From Candidatus Heimdallarchaeota archaeon (lineage in GTDB: Archaea; Asgardarchaeota; Heimdallarchaeia; Hodarchaeales; Hodarchaeaceae): DNA of 41,715 nucleotides. Position 1 is the first letter of the stretch. Each line of letters opens with the position of its first letter. The stretch spans positions 1 through 41,715 of the forward strand of contig DXJL01000005.1 in assembly GCA_019057635.1 (NCBI GenBank), written 5' to 3'. The notes beneath the pieces are model-generated. The model had not been told where the DNA came from. It did no database searches and was given only the letters and a program-made list of their open reading frames with translations. Shown here piece by piece: positions 27,356 through 38,164 of this stretch. The translations under genes were made by a program, and so were the position numbers.

Positions 27356-28384
27356 ATGACCGACTGGACATCAGAAGAGGGTATTACCGAGGAAGAGAAA
27401 CTTTACTACTATAGGAAGGCAGGGCAAATTGGTTACGAAGTGTTACATTCAGTAAAAGATATGATAAAACCTGGAGTTCCTATTATTGACATTTGTGAGT
27501 CCGCTGAAAAGATGATTTTAGATAAAGGAGCGGAAGGGTTTGGTTTTCCAACCAACGTATCTATTAACAATATTGCAGCCCATTATACAAGTCCTTTCGG
27601 GGATGAAAATGTAATTCCTGACTCTGGAAGTATTAAGCTAGATATTGGAGTACATGTAAACGGATATATTGCAGATACTGCTGTTACAGTGATTTTTTCT
27701 GAAGAGCTGAAAGATCTACAAAAAGCAGCCGAGGAAGGATTTAATGCCGGTATGGAAATTATTCAGGCTGGAACACTTCCCTCAATGGTAGGTGGAAGAA
27801 TTGAAGAGACTATTACTGGATTCGGGTATCGACCAATTAGAGAACTTACGGGCCACAAATTAGGACGATTTACGCTACACGGAGATAAAAGGTTACCAAG
27901 TGTAAGTTCTCCATTCGATCCTGCTGAAGCTGCACTAGAAGTAGGGGAAGCTTATGCTTTGGAAACGTTTGCTACAACCGGATCAGGAAGTATTCATGAA
28001 ATAAAGGGATCTAGGTATATTTATATGCTCCTTCCCCGACGAATTGCTATTAGGAATCTCGTTTCCAGAAAAATATATTCAACAATCTATAAGAAATATA
28101 AGACACTCCCGTTCGCAGAAAGATGGCTCAGTTCTTATGATCAATTTAATCGTGCTAGGGTTCGGTTCGCAATACGAGAATTGTTAAGCAATGGTGGAGC
28201 CATCGTGTACCCAACACTTGCAGATGAAAAAGGGAGTTATGTCGCTCAGTATGAACATACTTTTGTAATCACTGAAAATGATGGAGTGATTATCACTACC
28301 AAACCTCCTTTTAAGTTCGAGATCCCCGAATCTCTTTCTGAGAATGGAAGCGAGAAGAAATCTACAACTTCAGATGAGGAGTAA
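27356..28384 (+). CDS. map: Methionine aminopeptidase type II
   Basis: FPTNVSINNIAAHYT, KLDIGVHVNGYIADTA, LTGH, ALETFATTGSG, AQYEHT. Confidence 0.95.
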   Translation: MTDWTSEEGITEEEKLYYYRKAGQIGYEVLHSVKDMIKPGVPIIDICESAEKMILDKGAEGFGFPTNVSINNIAAHYTSPFGDENVIPDSGSIKLDIGVHVNGYIADTAVTVIFSEELKDLQKAAEEGFNAGMEIIQAGTLPSMVGGRIEETITGFGYRPIRELTGHKLGRFTLHGDKRLPSVSSPFDPAEAALEVGEAYALETFATTGSGSIHEIKGSRYIYMLLPRRIAIRNLVSRKIYSTIYKKYKTLPFAERWLSSYDQFNRARVRFAIRELLSNGGAIVYPTLADEKGSYVAQYEHTFVITENDGVIITTKPPFKFEIPESLSENGSEKKSTTSDEE

Positions 28385-28555
28385 ATACTACTTCAAATGG
28401 TATAACCTATCGGTTTCTCCTTTAAGTATAATTAAGGTCTGAAATATTGGGATTCCGTTAGTTTATTCCTCTAATAGAATATTTAAAATTCGATAAGCTT
28501 TTTCTATTCATCCTCCCTTGCTTATCTGAAACAAAGCAATTGTCATTTTCCGAGG

Positions 28556-30556
28556 ATGTTGTCATACTTGGGTTTGGAGAAGGATTTACGTAAAATTCTG
28601 ATAAAACTTCGTAAGGATAAGCTGATAGAAGAGAACTTGCTTTTAACACAGCTCAATAGAATGGAAAAATCTGCTAAAAATCAGGTAGAATATTCTCATA
28701 CCCCTTTATTAACCATGCTACAAACGGTTGACCAACATCAATCATTAAAAAAATTGAACTCAAAAATGGATACAATTGAAAGGGATATTGAGGCACTTAT
28801 TACTTCTTGGGAAAATAAAGATTTAACGGATGATGAGGCTCGAGGTAAAATTGCAAAACTTGTCGATTCAAAGCAATCGTATTGGTTACAAAGGGATAAT
28901 CTGAAGTATATCCTTATGGACAAGTTAAATTATCTTACATCTATAATTACGACATCAGGTCTTAATTCTCACGATTTTTTTAGTTCTAAATATAGTAGGA
29001 GCCAATTCAAGGTGGAAGCAAATATTCTAGATGCCTTTTTGGAGATATGGGTGAATCATCAAACATCAAACGCAGATGAAGAAAAATCTCTTGATGGGTT
29101 TAGTGTAACTGAAATCATAGAATCTGATATCTTAGAGGCCTTTATTTCTCCAATTTCGGAACAGAATCAAGTAAGGTTTCAGTTGAAAGAAATAATAAAA
29201 CCCCTTCCTGACATAATCAGTCAAGAACCTCTATTTAGTTCATCAGAGGTTCAAACAACAGAATCTAACACTTCTTCTAGTGAAGAAAAAGAAGAATCAT
29301 CACCTCAGATTCAAAAAGATGAAATGAATATTTGGAACTTCGTAGGTCTCGTGGCTTATAATCTGAAGAAAAAACCAATAGGATTAATTAGGGCGCCAAT
29401 TCAGGTAAATAAAATTCATTACTTGCCTATTGTTTTAGAAGAGTCCCTCTCGTTTACACAGATTAAATCTAAATATCTCTCATCTTTACAAATTTTAGGT
29501 ATAGACCCCAATACAACATCAACAGAAGAAATTCAATCGAAAATATCTGAAATGTTGAAAATCCCTCCTCAGCTCGCTTTTCAACCATCATTCTTTACTG
29601 AATGGCTTAGTCGCTTATCTGCAGATTTCATTCCAGTTAAACCAAAGATTGCAAATGTTTGGTTCCTCAAAGGGAACACTATTCAGAGTACATCTTCCGA
29701 TTCCTTAATTATCGACGAATCGGAATTAGAGAAAATCACATTACCCGCTTGGATACCAGTGCCCAGTCCACCCCCTTCTTTTACCGTTTCAATCGGTCAC
29801 ATAATTAAAGGAATAGCGGGAACTCATTTTGGTGAAATTGCAGGAATTATGAATCAAACCCCATTTGGTCATTCATTAATAATTGAACGTCCAATTCCTC
29901 CATCCACGTTGTTAGATATATTTTTACAGGGTCTGGGAAAACAAAATTTGGCTGAATTACGGTTTTATCTAGCAAAGAAACTGAAAATTGGAGAAGGAGA
30001 GGTGTTCTCCCCGAATAGTTTATGGAAAATTAATTTTCAGGAGAGATTATTACGATCCCCTCATGAAATTACCATTGCATATTATTCAATCGTCCCATCA
30101 TGTGCGTTTCACAAGTTAACAGAATTAAAAGCAAAGATTGGTATTTATTTTCATTCGATCTCTGAATCTTTAAAATTTTTAATTGGGAAATCCCTGTATA
30201 AGAACAACATTCATTTCGGAACTATTTATGGATTTAAAGTTGAAGATAATCAGCTTTTTGTACTCTTCTCTCCTCTTTCTGCTGATCAATTAGTTCAACA
30301 GGTAGGAAGGAAACATTCTCATCAACATTTAGACCGATTTCGAAAGAGGATATCCTTAGCTTTAGCAGTGCCTGAAAACGAAAGTTTATGGCCAAACAAC
30401 TTAGCAGTGTATTATCTTAATTTTATATTTCCGATGCGAGAAGAATTTAACTTGTTACCCAATACCATGGCAGCAATAGAGGCTAAATTTGCTTTAAAAC
30501 TAATTTCTTTTTCGGAATTTGACTCGATTACTGAAGACGGATTGTTTTGTGGATGA
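28556..30556 (+). CDS. Hypothetical protein: N-terminal coiled coil + three internal repeats with PRC-barrel-like starts
   Basis: Repeats begin FVGLVAYNLKKKPIGLI, SIGHIIKGIAGTHFGEI and LIGKSLYKNNIHFGTI. Confidence 0.6.
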   Translation: MLSYLGLEKDLRKILIKLRKDKLIEENLLLTQLNRMEKSAKNQVEYSHTPLLTMLQTVDQHQSLKKLNSKMDTIERDIEALITSWENKDLTDDEARGKIAKLVDSKQSYWLQRDNLKYILMDKLNYLTSIITTSGLNSHDFFSSKYSRSQFKVEANILDAFLEIWVNHQTSNADEEKSLDGFSVTEIIESDILEAFISPISEQNQVRFQLKEIIKPLPDIISQEPLFSSSEVQTTESNTSSSEEKEESSPQIQKDEMNIWNFVGLVAYNLKKKPIGLIRAPIQVNKIHYLPIVLEESLSFTQIKSKYLSSLQILGIDPNTTSTEEIQSKISEMLKIPPQLAFQPSFFTEWLSRLSADFIPVKPKIANVWFLKGNTIQSTSSDSLIIDESELEKITLPAWIPVPSPPPSFTVSIGHIIKGIAGTHFGEIAGIMNQTPFGHSLIIERPIPPSTLLDIFLQGLGKQNLAELRFYLAKKLKIGEGEVFSPNSLWKINFQERLLRSPHEITIAYYSIVPSCAFHKLTELKAKIGIYFHSISESLKFLIGKSLYKNNIHFGTIYGFKVEDNQLFVLFSPLSADQLVQQVGRKHSHQHLDRFRKRISLALAVPENESLWPNNLAVYYLNFIFPMREEFNLLPNTMAAIEAKFALKLISFSEFDSITEDGLFCG

Positions 30557-30825
30557 AGTTCCTAAAACAGGTAGGCAGTGATACTTTAATAACAGTTAAA
30601 GTCAAAACCCGCCAATCATCGAATATGATTCGCTTGGAAAACGATGAATTGTTTATTTATGTAAAAGATCCACCAATTAAGAATAAAGCGAATAGAACCA
30701 TTGTAAAATTAATGCGGAAACGCTTCAAAAATGACGTAAATCTAGAATATGGTCAAAATAGTACCACCAAGGTTTTACGGATTTGTAATATGAGCCCTAG
30801 TCAACTTCTAGAGTTATTGCGTTAA
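30547..30825 (+). CDS. DUF167 / UPF0235 (YggU-like) protein
   Basis: ITVKVK, VKDPPIKNKAN, G..STTK. Confidence 0.8.
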   Translation: MWMKFLKQVGSDTLITVKVKTRQSSNMIRLENDELFIYVKDPPIKNKANRTIVKLMRKRFKNDVNLEYGQNSTTKVLRICNMSPSQLLELLR

Positions 30826-30857
30826 AAAAATTGAAAAAAAAGGAAGAAAAATTCAGT

Positions 30858-32891
30858 TTAGAACTGAATTTCTCCCATCATTTGACGACGAGTAATCAGA
30901 CCCTCAACGACTTCAGGATTCGCTAGAGTCATTGTATTACCAATATCCTTCTGCTCTGCAACTGCTTTCAAAATTCTACGCATAATTTTTCCTGATCGAG
31001 TTTTAGGAACCGCGGTTGCAAACATGATAATCTCAGGATAAACTGCAGGACCAGCCACAGATCGTACATGCTTTTGAATATTCTTTTTCATATCCTCGCT
31101 CGCATCTTCGTCATTCATTAATGTAATGTACGCGAATATTGTTGCTCCTTTAACAGGATGAGGATAGGGAATAACCGCACTTTCTGCAACTTTTGGGTGT
31201 GAATTTATTGCCGATTCAACTTCTGCTGAGCCAAGACGATGCCCTGAAACTTTTATTACATCATCTGACCGGCCCAAGATGAAGTAATAGCCTTCATCAT
31301 CGATTTGGGCATAGTCACCAGTAAAGTAGTGTCCTGGAAATTGTGTGAGATAGGTACTTACAAAACGCTCGTGATCACCCCAAACCGTTCGCATGAGTCC
31401 TGGCCAAGGTTTATCATAAGCAAAGTATGCTTGTGTATTTGGTGTTTCTATTTTACCTCCCGTTTCGTCTAATAAGACGGGATTAATACCAAGAAAGGGG
31501 AATGTACAACTTCCGGGTTTCATTGGTGTAACAGCTCCAAGATTGACCATCATATATGATCCTGTTTCTGTTTGCCAATAACTGTCAACGATCGGTCGTC
31601 CTATGGGCTTCTCTCCACTCGATCCTTTTCCTACCACGTCCCAGTACCATTTCCACTCTGGCCAGTTACACACTTCACCAACAGTTCCTATCATCTTAAG
31701 CTTGGTGAGATCCCATTTTGTGACATTGTCATCTCCTAGTTTCATTAATGCACGGATAGCTGTAGGGGCAGTATAGAAATGAGTTACACCGAATTTTTCA
31801 CAGATTTCCCAGAAACGGCCGCCGTGAGGCCAAGTCGGAACTCCTTCATACATCACAGAAATAGATCCCAAAGCGAGTGGGGAATAGATAATCTGAGTAT
31901 GGCCGGTAATCCAACCAATATCTGCGGTACAATACCATACATCTCGGGATGCAGGTGTGTCACCTTTAAGATCAAGTAGACAAGAATAATCCCATACATA
32001 ATAATTCGTGGATACACCAAATACCAAATATCCAGCAGTTGTATGGACAACACCTTTAGGTTTACCAGTTGTACCAGAAGTGTAGAGGATGAACAAAGGA
32101 TCTTCGGCATCCATAGGTTCACTCTCACAAACTGGAGATTGTTCTTCCATAAGGGCTAAGAAGTCAACATCCTTTTCATACTCGTAAACTTCTCCACCTG
32201 TGAGTTTAATAACCGCAACATTTTCAATTGAATCACAGGTGTCAATAATTCCTTTGAGATTATCTTTCATTGGCCGATTCTTTCCAGCTCTTCGGACTTC
32301 ATCAGCAACTACGAGAACTTTACATTCCGAATCGTCTATTCTATCCTTTACGGATTCAGCGGAAAAACCTCCAAACACAATGGAGTGAATTGCACCTATT
32401 CGAGCACATGCAAGCATAACAATTGCGAGATTCTCAATCATGGGTAACCAAAGACAGACTCGATCACTTTTCTTAATCCCTAATGCCTTCAATGCATTTG
32501 CAGCTTTGTTCACCTGTTCTGTTAAAGATTTGTAAGTAAATTTCTTCACAGAATCGTCTTCTCCCATCCAAATGAGTGCAACTTCGTCACCATACCCTTT
32601 TTCAACCCAACGATCCAAACAGTTATAGGTGACATTTAGTTTTCCCCCAACAAACCATTTTCCTACAAATTCGTCATGATCTCCAGTTGGAGGTTGCCAC
32701 ACTTTTTCATAGGGGGTAAACCAATCAATTTTTTTCGCTTCTTCGGCCCAAAATTCTTCAAAATTTTCGACTGAATACTTCCATTTCTCAAAGTATGTGT
32801 CCATATTTTGAATATGGGCCTTCTCTGCCAATACTGGCAAAGGGTAATATTTTTTTGCCTTTTCTTTCTCTGTTTCTGTAAGCTCAGACAT
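30858..32891 (-). CDS. acs: Acetyl-CoA synthetase (AMP-forming)
   Basis: LYTSGTTGKPKGV, WCTADIGWITGH-like YCTADIGWITGH, YWQTETG, GRSDDVIKVSGHRLG, PKTRSGKIMRR. Confidence 0.95.
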   Translation of the reverse strand: MSELTETEKEKAKKYYPLPVLAEKAHIQNMDTYFEKWKYSVENFEEFWAEEAKKIDWFTPYEKVWQPPTGDHDEFVGKWFVGGKLNVTYNCLDRWVEKGYGDEVALIWMGEDDSVKKFTYKSLTEQVNKAANALKALGIKKSDRVCLWLPMIENLAIVMLACARIGAIHSIVFGGFSAESVKDRIDDSECKVLVVADEVRRAGKNRPMKDNLKGIIDTCDSIENVAVIKLTGGEVYEYEKDVDFLALMEEQSPVCESEPMDAEDPLFILYTSGTTGKPKGVVHTTAGYLVFGVSTNYYVWDYSCLLDLKGDTPASRDVWYCTADIGWITGHTQIIYSPLALGSISVMYEGVPTWPHGGRFWEICEKFGVTHFYTAPTAIRALMKLGDDNVTKWDLTKLKMIGTVGEVCNWPEWKWYWDVVGKGSSGEKPIGRPIVDSYWQTETGSYMMVNLGAVTPMKPGSCTFPFLGINPVLLDETGGKIETPNTQAYFAYDKPWPGLMRTVWGDHERFVSTYLTQFPGHYFTGDYAQIDDEGYYFILGRSDDVIKVSGHRLGSAEVESAINSHPKVAESAVIPYPHPVKGATIFAYITLMNDEDASEDMKKNIQKHVRSVAGPAVYPEIIMFATAVPKTRSGKIMRRILKAVAEQKDIGNTMTLANPEVVEGLITRRQMMGEIQF

Positions 32892-32940
32892 AGTATCACC
32901 CAGAAAATTTTTAAATTAAAATTCTGTATGAATGATGCCA

Positions 32941-32997
32941 TTGACATTTTATAAATAGTGTCAAGGTGGTGTTACAGAGCGTTAATTGACTCTGTAA
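32941..32997. promoter_or_regulatory. acs promoter region with two palindromic operator candidates
   Basis: TTGACA-N12-TGTCAA (32941-32964) enclosing TTTATAAA; TTACAGAG-N10-CTCTGTAA (32972-32997). Confidence 0.55.
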
Positions 32998-33342
32998 TCC
33001 AATTCAAAATAGTTCGTTTCCAGATTAAGAAGTTTATTTCTTGTATTGTAATTAATATATAACAGATTGTTATTTCTTGCACGAAATAAGGAATAAAAAG
33101 TAGATTAACATTCTTTCGGATAGTTTCCCTAGTTCTAATTTTAAGATAAGGTTTACGAACAGAATTTTGTTGGGTTCAGAATTATAACTTCTGCCCGGTT
33201 CTAAAATAATAGTCCAAAAAACGGCTTTATTGTATCCATTATTAATTCAACTTATCTCACTTTAAATATATATACTCACAAAAATTTTCGAAATTCAGGT
33301 CATATTTACAATATAGAACCATTCTTTCACAATATTCAAAAC

Positions 33343-34662
33343 ATGCTGGTGAGTAAACTGACAGAGACTTCCGATACATTGTATAATCGGTATCTTGTTG
33401 TTATAGGTGCACTTATCGTTCAACTTTGTCTCGGCTCTATTTATGCCTGGTCAATCTTTCAGACTTCTTTAAAGAAAGCACCATACAATTTAGGTACATT
33501 TGAAAGCTTGTTACCTTTTGCAATTGGATTAGCGACTTTTGCAGTGGTAATGATTTTTGCCGGGAAATGGCAAGATAAAGTTGGTCCACGTCGTGTTGCA
33601 ACGACGGGAGGAATCCTGCTTGGAGTGGGATATATTTTAGCAACAGGTGTAACTTTTTTTGAAACAGATCCCAATCTTTCTCTAATTTGGCTTGTTCTTA
33701 CCTATGGTATAATAGGTGGGGCAGGTATCGGGTTAGCATATGTTTGTCCTATTGCAGCACTCGTTAAATGGTTTCCCGACAAAAAAGGATTAATTACAGG
33801 CATTGCAGTTGCTGGATTCGGTGCTGGTGCTTTGATATTTGCACGTGTTGAGACAGCTTTTATCAAAGTTATTGCCCGAGATCCTGAAGGAATTATAATA
33901 GAAAGTGATATTGCTCCTGCATTATTTATCTGTGGATTAATTTATCTTATTGCAGTTATCCTCGGTGCACAACTTCTAAGAAATCCTCCTAAGGGATGGA
34001 CACCTGAAGGATGGCAGCCTCCTGCACCTACAGCTACAGGTTTAGGTCGGGATTATGAATGGCGTGAAATTCTCAGAACTCCACAGTTTTGGTTACTTTG
34101 GAGCATGTTTGTTCTTGCAGCTACAGCAGGATTGATGACATTAGGAATTCTAAAAACATTCCTTCAAGCAGCAAATAGCGCAATTGATGATAATTTAGCA
34201 GCATCCATCGTGGGAATCTTGGCTATATTTAATGCAGGTGGCCGTATTTTTTGGGGTTTTGTATCCGATAAAATCAACCGCGCTCCCACCATGATCATGA
34301 TGTTTGCCCTTCTTGCAATAGCAATGTTTGCTTTTGGTTTCCAAACTGAAATTCTTATGATAACGGTAATAGCATGTATTATTGGACTTTGTTTTGGGGG
34401 TAATTTTGCATTATTCCCATCCACTACCGCAGACTATTTCGGAACAAAAAATGTTGGTAATAATTATGGATTTGTCTTTTCTGCCTATGGAGTTGCAGGA
34501 ATACTTGGAGCTATAATTCCCGCCGTAGTTATTGATGCAATCAAAGGCAGTAGCACGACCATTACAGGTTCTTCTTATGCACCTGCTTTTATCGTTTGTG
34601 CGGTCGGAGCTATTGTTGCAGTGGGATTAGCTGCATTCGCAGAATACCTAAACCGAAAATAA
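33343..34662 (+). CDS. OFA-family MFS transporter (oxalate:formate antiporter-like)
   Basis: LGSIYAWSIF, G.WQDK.GPR, KWFPDKKGLITG.AVAGFG.G, GR.FWG.VSDKI, G.NYG; ~12 TM segments. Confidence 0.9.
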   Translation: MLVSKLTETSDTLYNRYLVVIGALIVQLCLGSIYAWSIFQTSLKKAPYNLGTFESLLPFAIGLATFAVVMIFAGKWQDKVGPRRVATTGGILLGVGYILATGVTFFETDPNLSLIWLVLTYGIIGGAGIGLAYVCPIAALVKWFPDKKGLITGIAVAGFGAGALIFARVETAFIKVIARDPEGIIIESDIAPALFICGLIYLIAVILGAQLLRNPPKGWTPEGWQPPAPTATGLGRDYEWREILRTPQFWLLWSMFVLAATAGLMTLGILKTFLQAANSAIDDNLAASIVGILAIFNAGGRIFWGFVSDKINRAPTMIMMFALLAIAMFAFGFQTEILMITVIACIIGLCFGGNFALFPSTTADYFGTKNVGNNYGFVFSAYGVAGILGAIIPAVVIDAIKGSSTTITGSSYAPAFIVCAVGAIVAVGLAAFAEYLNRK

Positions 34663-34701
34663 GCGAGAATTCCTCTCCTTTTTTTCTCCCTTTTTATTTT
34701 T

Positions 34702-35235
34702 CTAAACTAGGCCTAGTTTCTGAAAATCAGCAACTAATTTTTTTCTTTCTAGCCAAGCATCCTGAATTGCGCCTAGATCTTCCAGAATTTCATTTGTTAG
34801 TCTACTACTGTCAGAAAGCATACCGCTTTCAATCGAGTCATCAAATTGCTTTATTTTCTCATCTAATCGGTCAATTACATCTAGAACTGTTTTTTCTAAA
34901 GTGTATAAATAGCCTAGATCAAAGTCTTTGATTAAACCAGAATCAAAGAAAGTACTTATCCCATATTTCGACGCTTTAATTAAATATCGGGAATCTGTGA
35001 AGCTAGAAACCAATCTATCAAGATCTGACCAAGTCGTAATCATCTGACTCATCAACGCAGCTTCTTGAATTTTCTTAACATCATCTGAGCAGGTCGATAA
35101 ACGATTTTCTAGATATTTTTTGATTGAAGTATCAGAATGTTTTCTATCTGGTTGTTTTTCATAGCAAAGGTAACCAGGAATTTGCCTATTTAGCTTTTTC
35201 CGTGCATCGCTACTCTCTGGATCTAGTTTCGGCAT
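34702..35235 (-). CDS. Helical hypothetical protein, last gene of the MoxR operon
   Basis: 177-aa ORF, co-oriented, 22-bp gap to the upstream gene. Confidence 0.7.
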   Translation of the reverse strand: MPKLDPESSDARKKLNRQIPGYLCYEKQPDRKHSDTSIKKYLENRLSTCSDDVKKIQEAALMSQMITTWSDLDRLVSSFTDSRYLIKASKYGISTFFDSGLIKDFDLGYLYTLEKTVLDVIDRLDEKIKQFDDSIESGMLSDSSRLTNEILEDLGAIQDAWLERKKLVADFQKLGLV

Positions 35236-35257
35236 GATTTTTCTCTCAAGAGGGAGG

Positions 35258-36643
35258 TTAAGTCTGTTCTTCCTCCTCCGTGTCTAATAGTTCTTCCTCC
35301 TCCTCCTCTAATATCCTCTCATCTTCGGATGGTTCACTAGCAGCTGTGGGTTGCGGAGCAGAGCGATCAAAATCAACTAGAGTGTCTATTCGCTGTACTA
35401 CACGCTCCATGACTTTCCTAGTTTTACCACTTGTCAAATATTTTAAAATAACACCAACGAGTATAAGAATTAAAGCCATATTTAAGATAAGTATTGTCTG
35501 GAATTCTGGCTGGGATATTTCGAGACTATCCACCAATGCTGGAAAGATGAAAAGCTTTATCCCGAATATTTCAAGATTCAATACACCCTCGGGGGCCATA
35601 ATGAAATATGCAAGGACTACTACCGCGATAATTCGAAATATCATGGCTGGAATGAAATATTTGATTAATGCGCTCGCATCTGGCTGAGCTGTTTGAGCGG
35701 CTAATTTTAAATCTACACGTGGATCACTTTGTTGAAGGTTAGCAAGATAAGACTGCAATCTCATCATAGATTTCGGATCACGAACCGTTTCTCCCCTTTT
35801 AAATACACGTCGCTCGACCATTTCACGCAAATAGCTTGCTGCTAATAGGCCATGTTTACTTGATTGCATACTTTGTATTGATTGATCGGTACTTTTAGCT
35901 CCTTCTTCAATTGGTACAAAGGTTCTGATTCGTTTAAGGTGGCGTTGAATTCTTTTCTCTCGTTCCGACATTGGTTCAATAATATTGAGCGTATACGAGG
36001 TTTGAAATGCCACTTCGAGGAGTAAATACAACAAGAAGCCCAATGTGAAGATTGGACTTAAAATCATTGACAACAATGAGCTAGTATCAATCTGGGTTGA
36101 GATTTTTATATTCTGAGTAAAAATTGCGACAATCAAGATCAGTTGAAAACCTAAAAATGAATAAATTGCCAATTTTGTATCGCCTTCGCGTAGAAAGCCT
36201 ATTCCTGAGAAAAATGCAATTGGTAATAAAATCAAAATTGTTGTCGCACCAAAGAAGATTGAGAATTCCTGGATAATATCTACTTGAGCAAGATCAATGG
36301 TTGAATGAGGATAAAAACCATTATCAGGGTTAAAAATGCTAGCAAGCATTTGCTCTATGTCACCAATATTAATTGTCCCTAAACTTGGATCTCCAATGAT
36401 ATTTCCAAGGAAAGGAATAGACGCTTTACCTGCAAGAATAGAATTGGTAATTAATTTCGCTATTCCCCCCATAGCACTTACAATCGCTTGAACAATCAGC
36501 ATTACATAATTTAGAATCTCAAAAACTCTAGTAAAATCAAACATTGCGGAATCGATACTGGAAATTACAAGGAATCCCGAAAAAATAAACAAGACCATAT
36601 AGATAACTCGGAAGAAGTATGCTGCGCCTTGACTTGTTGCCAT
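35258..36643 (-). CDS. Multi-pass membrane protein with acidic tail
   Basis: ~7 hydrophobic segments; poly-E C-terminus. Confidence 0.75.
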   Translation of the reverse strand: MATSQGAAYFFRVIYMVLFIFSGFLVISSIDSAMFDFTRVFEILNYVMLIVQAIVSAMGGIAKLITNSILAGKASIPFLGNIIGDPSLGTINIGDIEQMLASIFNPDNGFYPHSTIDLAQVDIIQEFSIFFGATTILILLPIAFFSGIGFLREGDTKLAIYSFLGFQLILIVAIFTQNIKISTQIDTSSLLSMILSPIFTLGFLLYLLLEVAFQTSYTLNIIEPMSEREKRIQRHLKRIRTFVPIEEGAKSTDQSIQSMQSSKHGLLAASYLREMVERRVFKRGETVRDPKSMMRLQSYLANLQQSDPRVDLKLAAQTAQPDASALIKYFIPAMIFRIIAVVVLAYFIMAPEGVLNLEIFGIKLFIFPALVDSLEISQPEFQTILILNMALILILVGVILKYLTSGKTRKVMERVVQRIDTLVDFDRSAPQPTAASEPSEDERILEEEEEELLDTEEEEQT

Positions 36644-36648
36644 TTTGA

Positions 36649-38118
36649 TTACACCGAACCTTTTCCAACTTGTTTTCCTTTCATATACGTCTTTATTACA
36701 TTAGGAAGAATATCATCAGGACCTACATTGATGATTTCTACCCCAAGTCCTCTTAAACTATCTTCTACTTGTTTTCGATATCCTAAATATTCCTCAAAGA
36801 TGGCCTCGGCAATGGCTCTTTCAGTAGTTGATAAGTCAGTCAGTTTCGTTTCGAATAATGGTCCAAAAGGTGAAATTACTGTTATCCTGTTTTTTCTGGA
36901 ACGTGCTCTTTTGGCTGCTTCAGTAAAAATCTCTGAATCAGAAGATTCTAGGTCAGTTAAAAAAACATAAAATGATGCTCTTGGTAATCTTTGCATAACA
37001 TAGTCCACGGCGGCAAGAGGATCTGAACGACCTTCTGGTTCAACTAATGCGAGTATTTCTAGAAGTTGATGAAACATCGATTTCTTTCCCCCAGGAGGTA
37101 AATAAGATGTGGGTCTGTCAGCATACGTTAATAGTCCAAAAAGATCTTGTCGTTCTTCAGCCATCTTCATGACTAGCATCACCGATCGGATGGCAAAATC
37201 TAATTTTGTGTTGTTTGGGATACCAGCCCCCATACTTCCACTGTGGTCAAGAAATAGAACGATACGAATATTCTTTTCAGCTTCAAATTCTCGTACCATT
37301 AATTCCCCTGTACGACTAAAGGCTTTCCAGTCTAATGATTTGAAAGGTGCTCCAGGATAATAACGTGCTAAAGAATGGAAATCATCGCCCATGCCTTTTT
37401 GTTTTGTTTTATGAGCGCCAAACATTTTGCCTTGTTGCCTTCGCTTACTCAATGCCTCCATTCTACGAATATCTTCGTATGATGGATAGCATAACACTTC
37501 AGTATAAAAGTGCCTCACATCTTCTTCAAAATAGAAACCTAATCGATCATGAATAATGACTTTCACAGGGCCTATCTGATATACTCCCCTCGTGCTAACC
37601 TGTATTATATATGAGAATTCTTTCGTTTCATGACCAGCTAATTGAGTTATAATGAAATTCTCCCCTATTACAATTTCAAACATATCTGGTATAGCATCAT
37701 ATATTTCTAGAAAATCAATTCTTTTTCCACCAGTGTTTTCTACTCTAACTGTTACATGTACGTACTCCCCTGCAAAAGCTTTTTCTCTATCTACCCTACG
37801 TGTAACGCGTATTAATGAAGCATTTGCCGATGCTCTGAAGAATGGTAATCCTATGACACTAGCCAGAATCAGTAAAGTTCCTAAAAACATACTGTAATCT
37901 ACAATCGGAGAACTGTTTAAAATTTCAAAAGCTTCGAGAAATTCCATTCCTTCAGGCAAACCGCTTGCTGTTTGATTGCCAGATTGTTGTATTAATCCCT
38001 CTCCACTAAAGAGAATCGGAACCATAGTAGTAACTGTTCCAATTCCCTTCGCGCTGAGTCCAACCGATAGAAGTAAGATTCCTCCAATAGCAATAAAAGC
38101 ACCGCGAGACGAAAGCAT
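36649..38118 (-). CDS. DUF58 vWA-like protein
   Basis: G.DFHSLARY.PG...LDWKA.SR...MVREFE.E, DHSGSM MIDAS, K.DFA. Confidence 0.9.
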   Translation of the reverse strand: MLSSRGAFIAIGGILLLSVGLSAKGIGTVTTMVPILFSGEGLIQQSGNQTASGLPEGMEFLEAFEILNSSPIVDYSMFLGTLLILASVIGLPFFRASANASLIRVTRRVDREKAFAGEYVHVTVRVENTGGKRIDFLEIYDAIPDMFEIVIGENFIITQLAGHETKEFSYIIQVSTRGVYQIGPVKVIIHDRLGFYFEEDVRHFYTEVLCYPSYEDIRRMEALSKRRQQGKMFGAHKTKQKGMGDDFHSLARYYPGAPFKSLDWKAFSRTGELMVREFEAEKNIRIVLFLDHSGSMGAGIPNNTKLDFAIRSVMLVMKMAEERQDLFGLLTYADRPTSYLPPGGKKSMFHQLLEILALVEPEGRSDPLAAVDYVMQRLPRASFYVFLTDLESSDSEIFTEAAKRARSRKNRITVISPFGPLFETKLTDLSTTERAIAEAIFEEYLGYRKQVEDSLRGLGVEIINVGPDDILPNVIKTYMKGKQVGKGSV

Positions 38119-38164
38119 TCAAGGATACACCTTTGCACCAAATTTAATTGACGGGAATCTTTTG

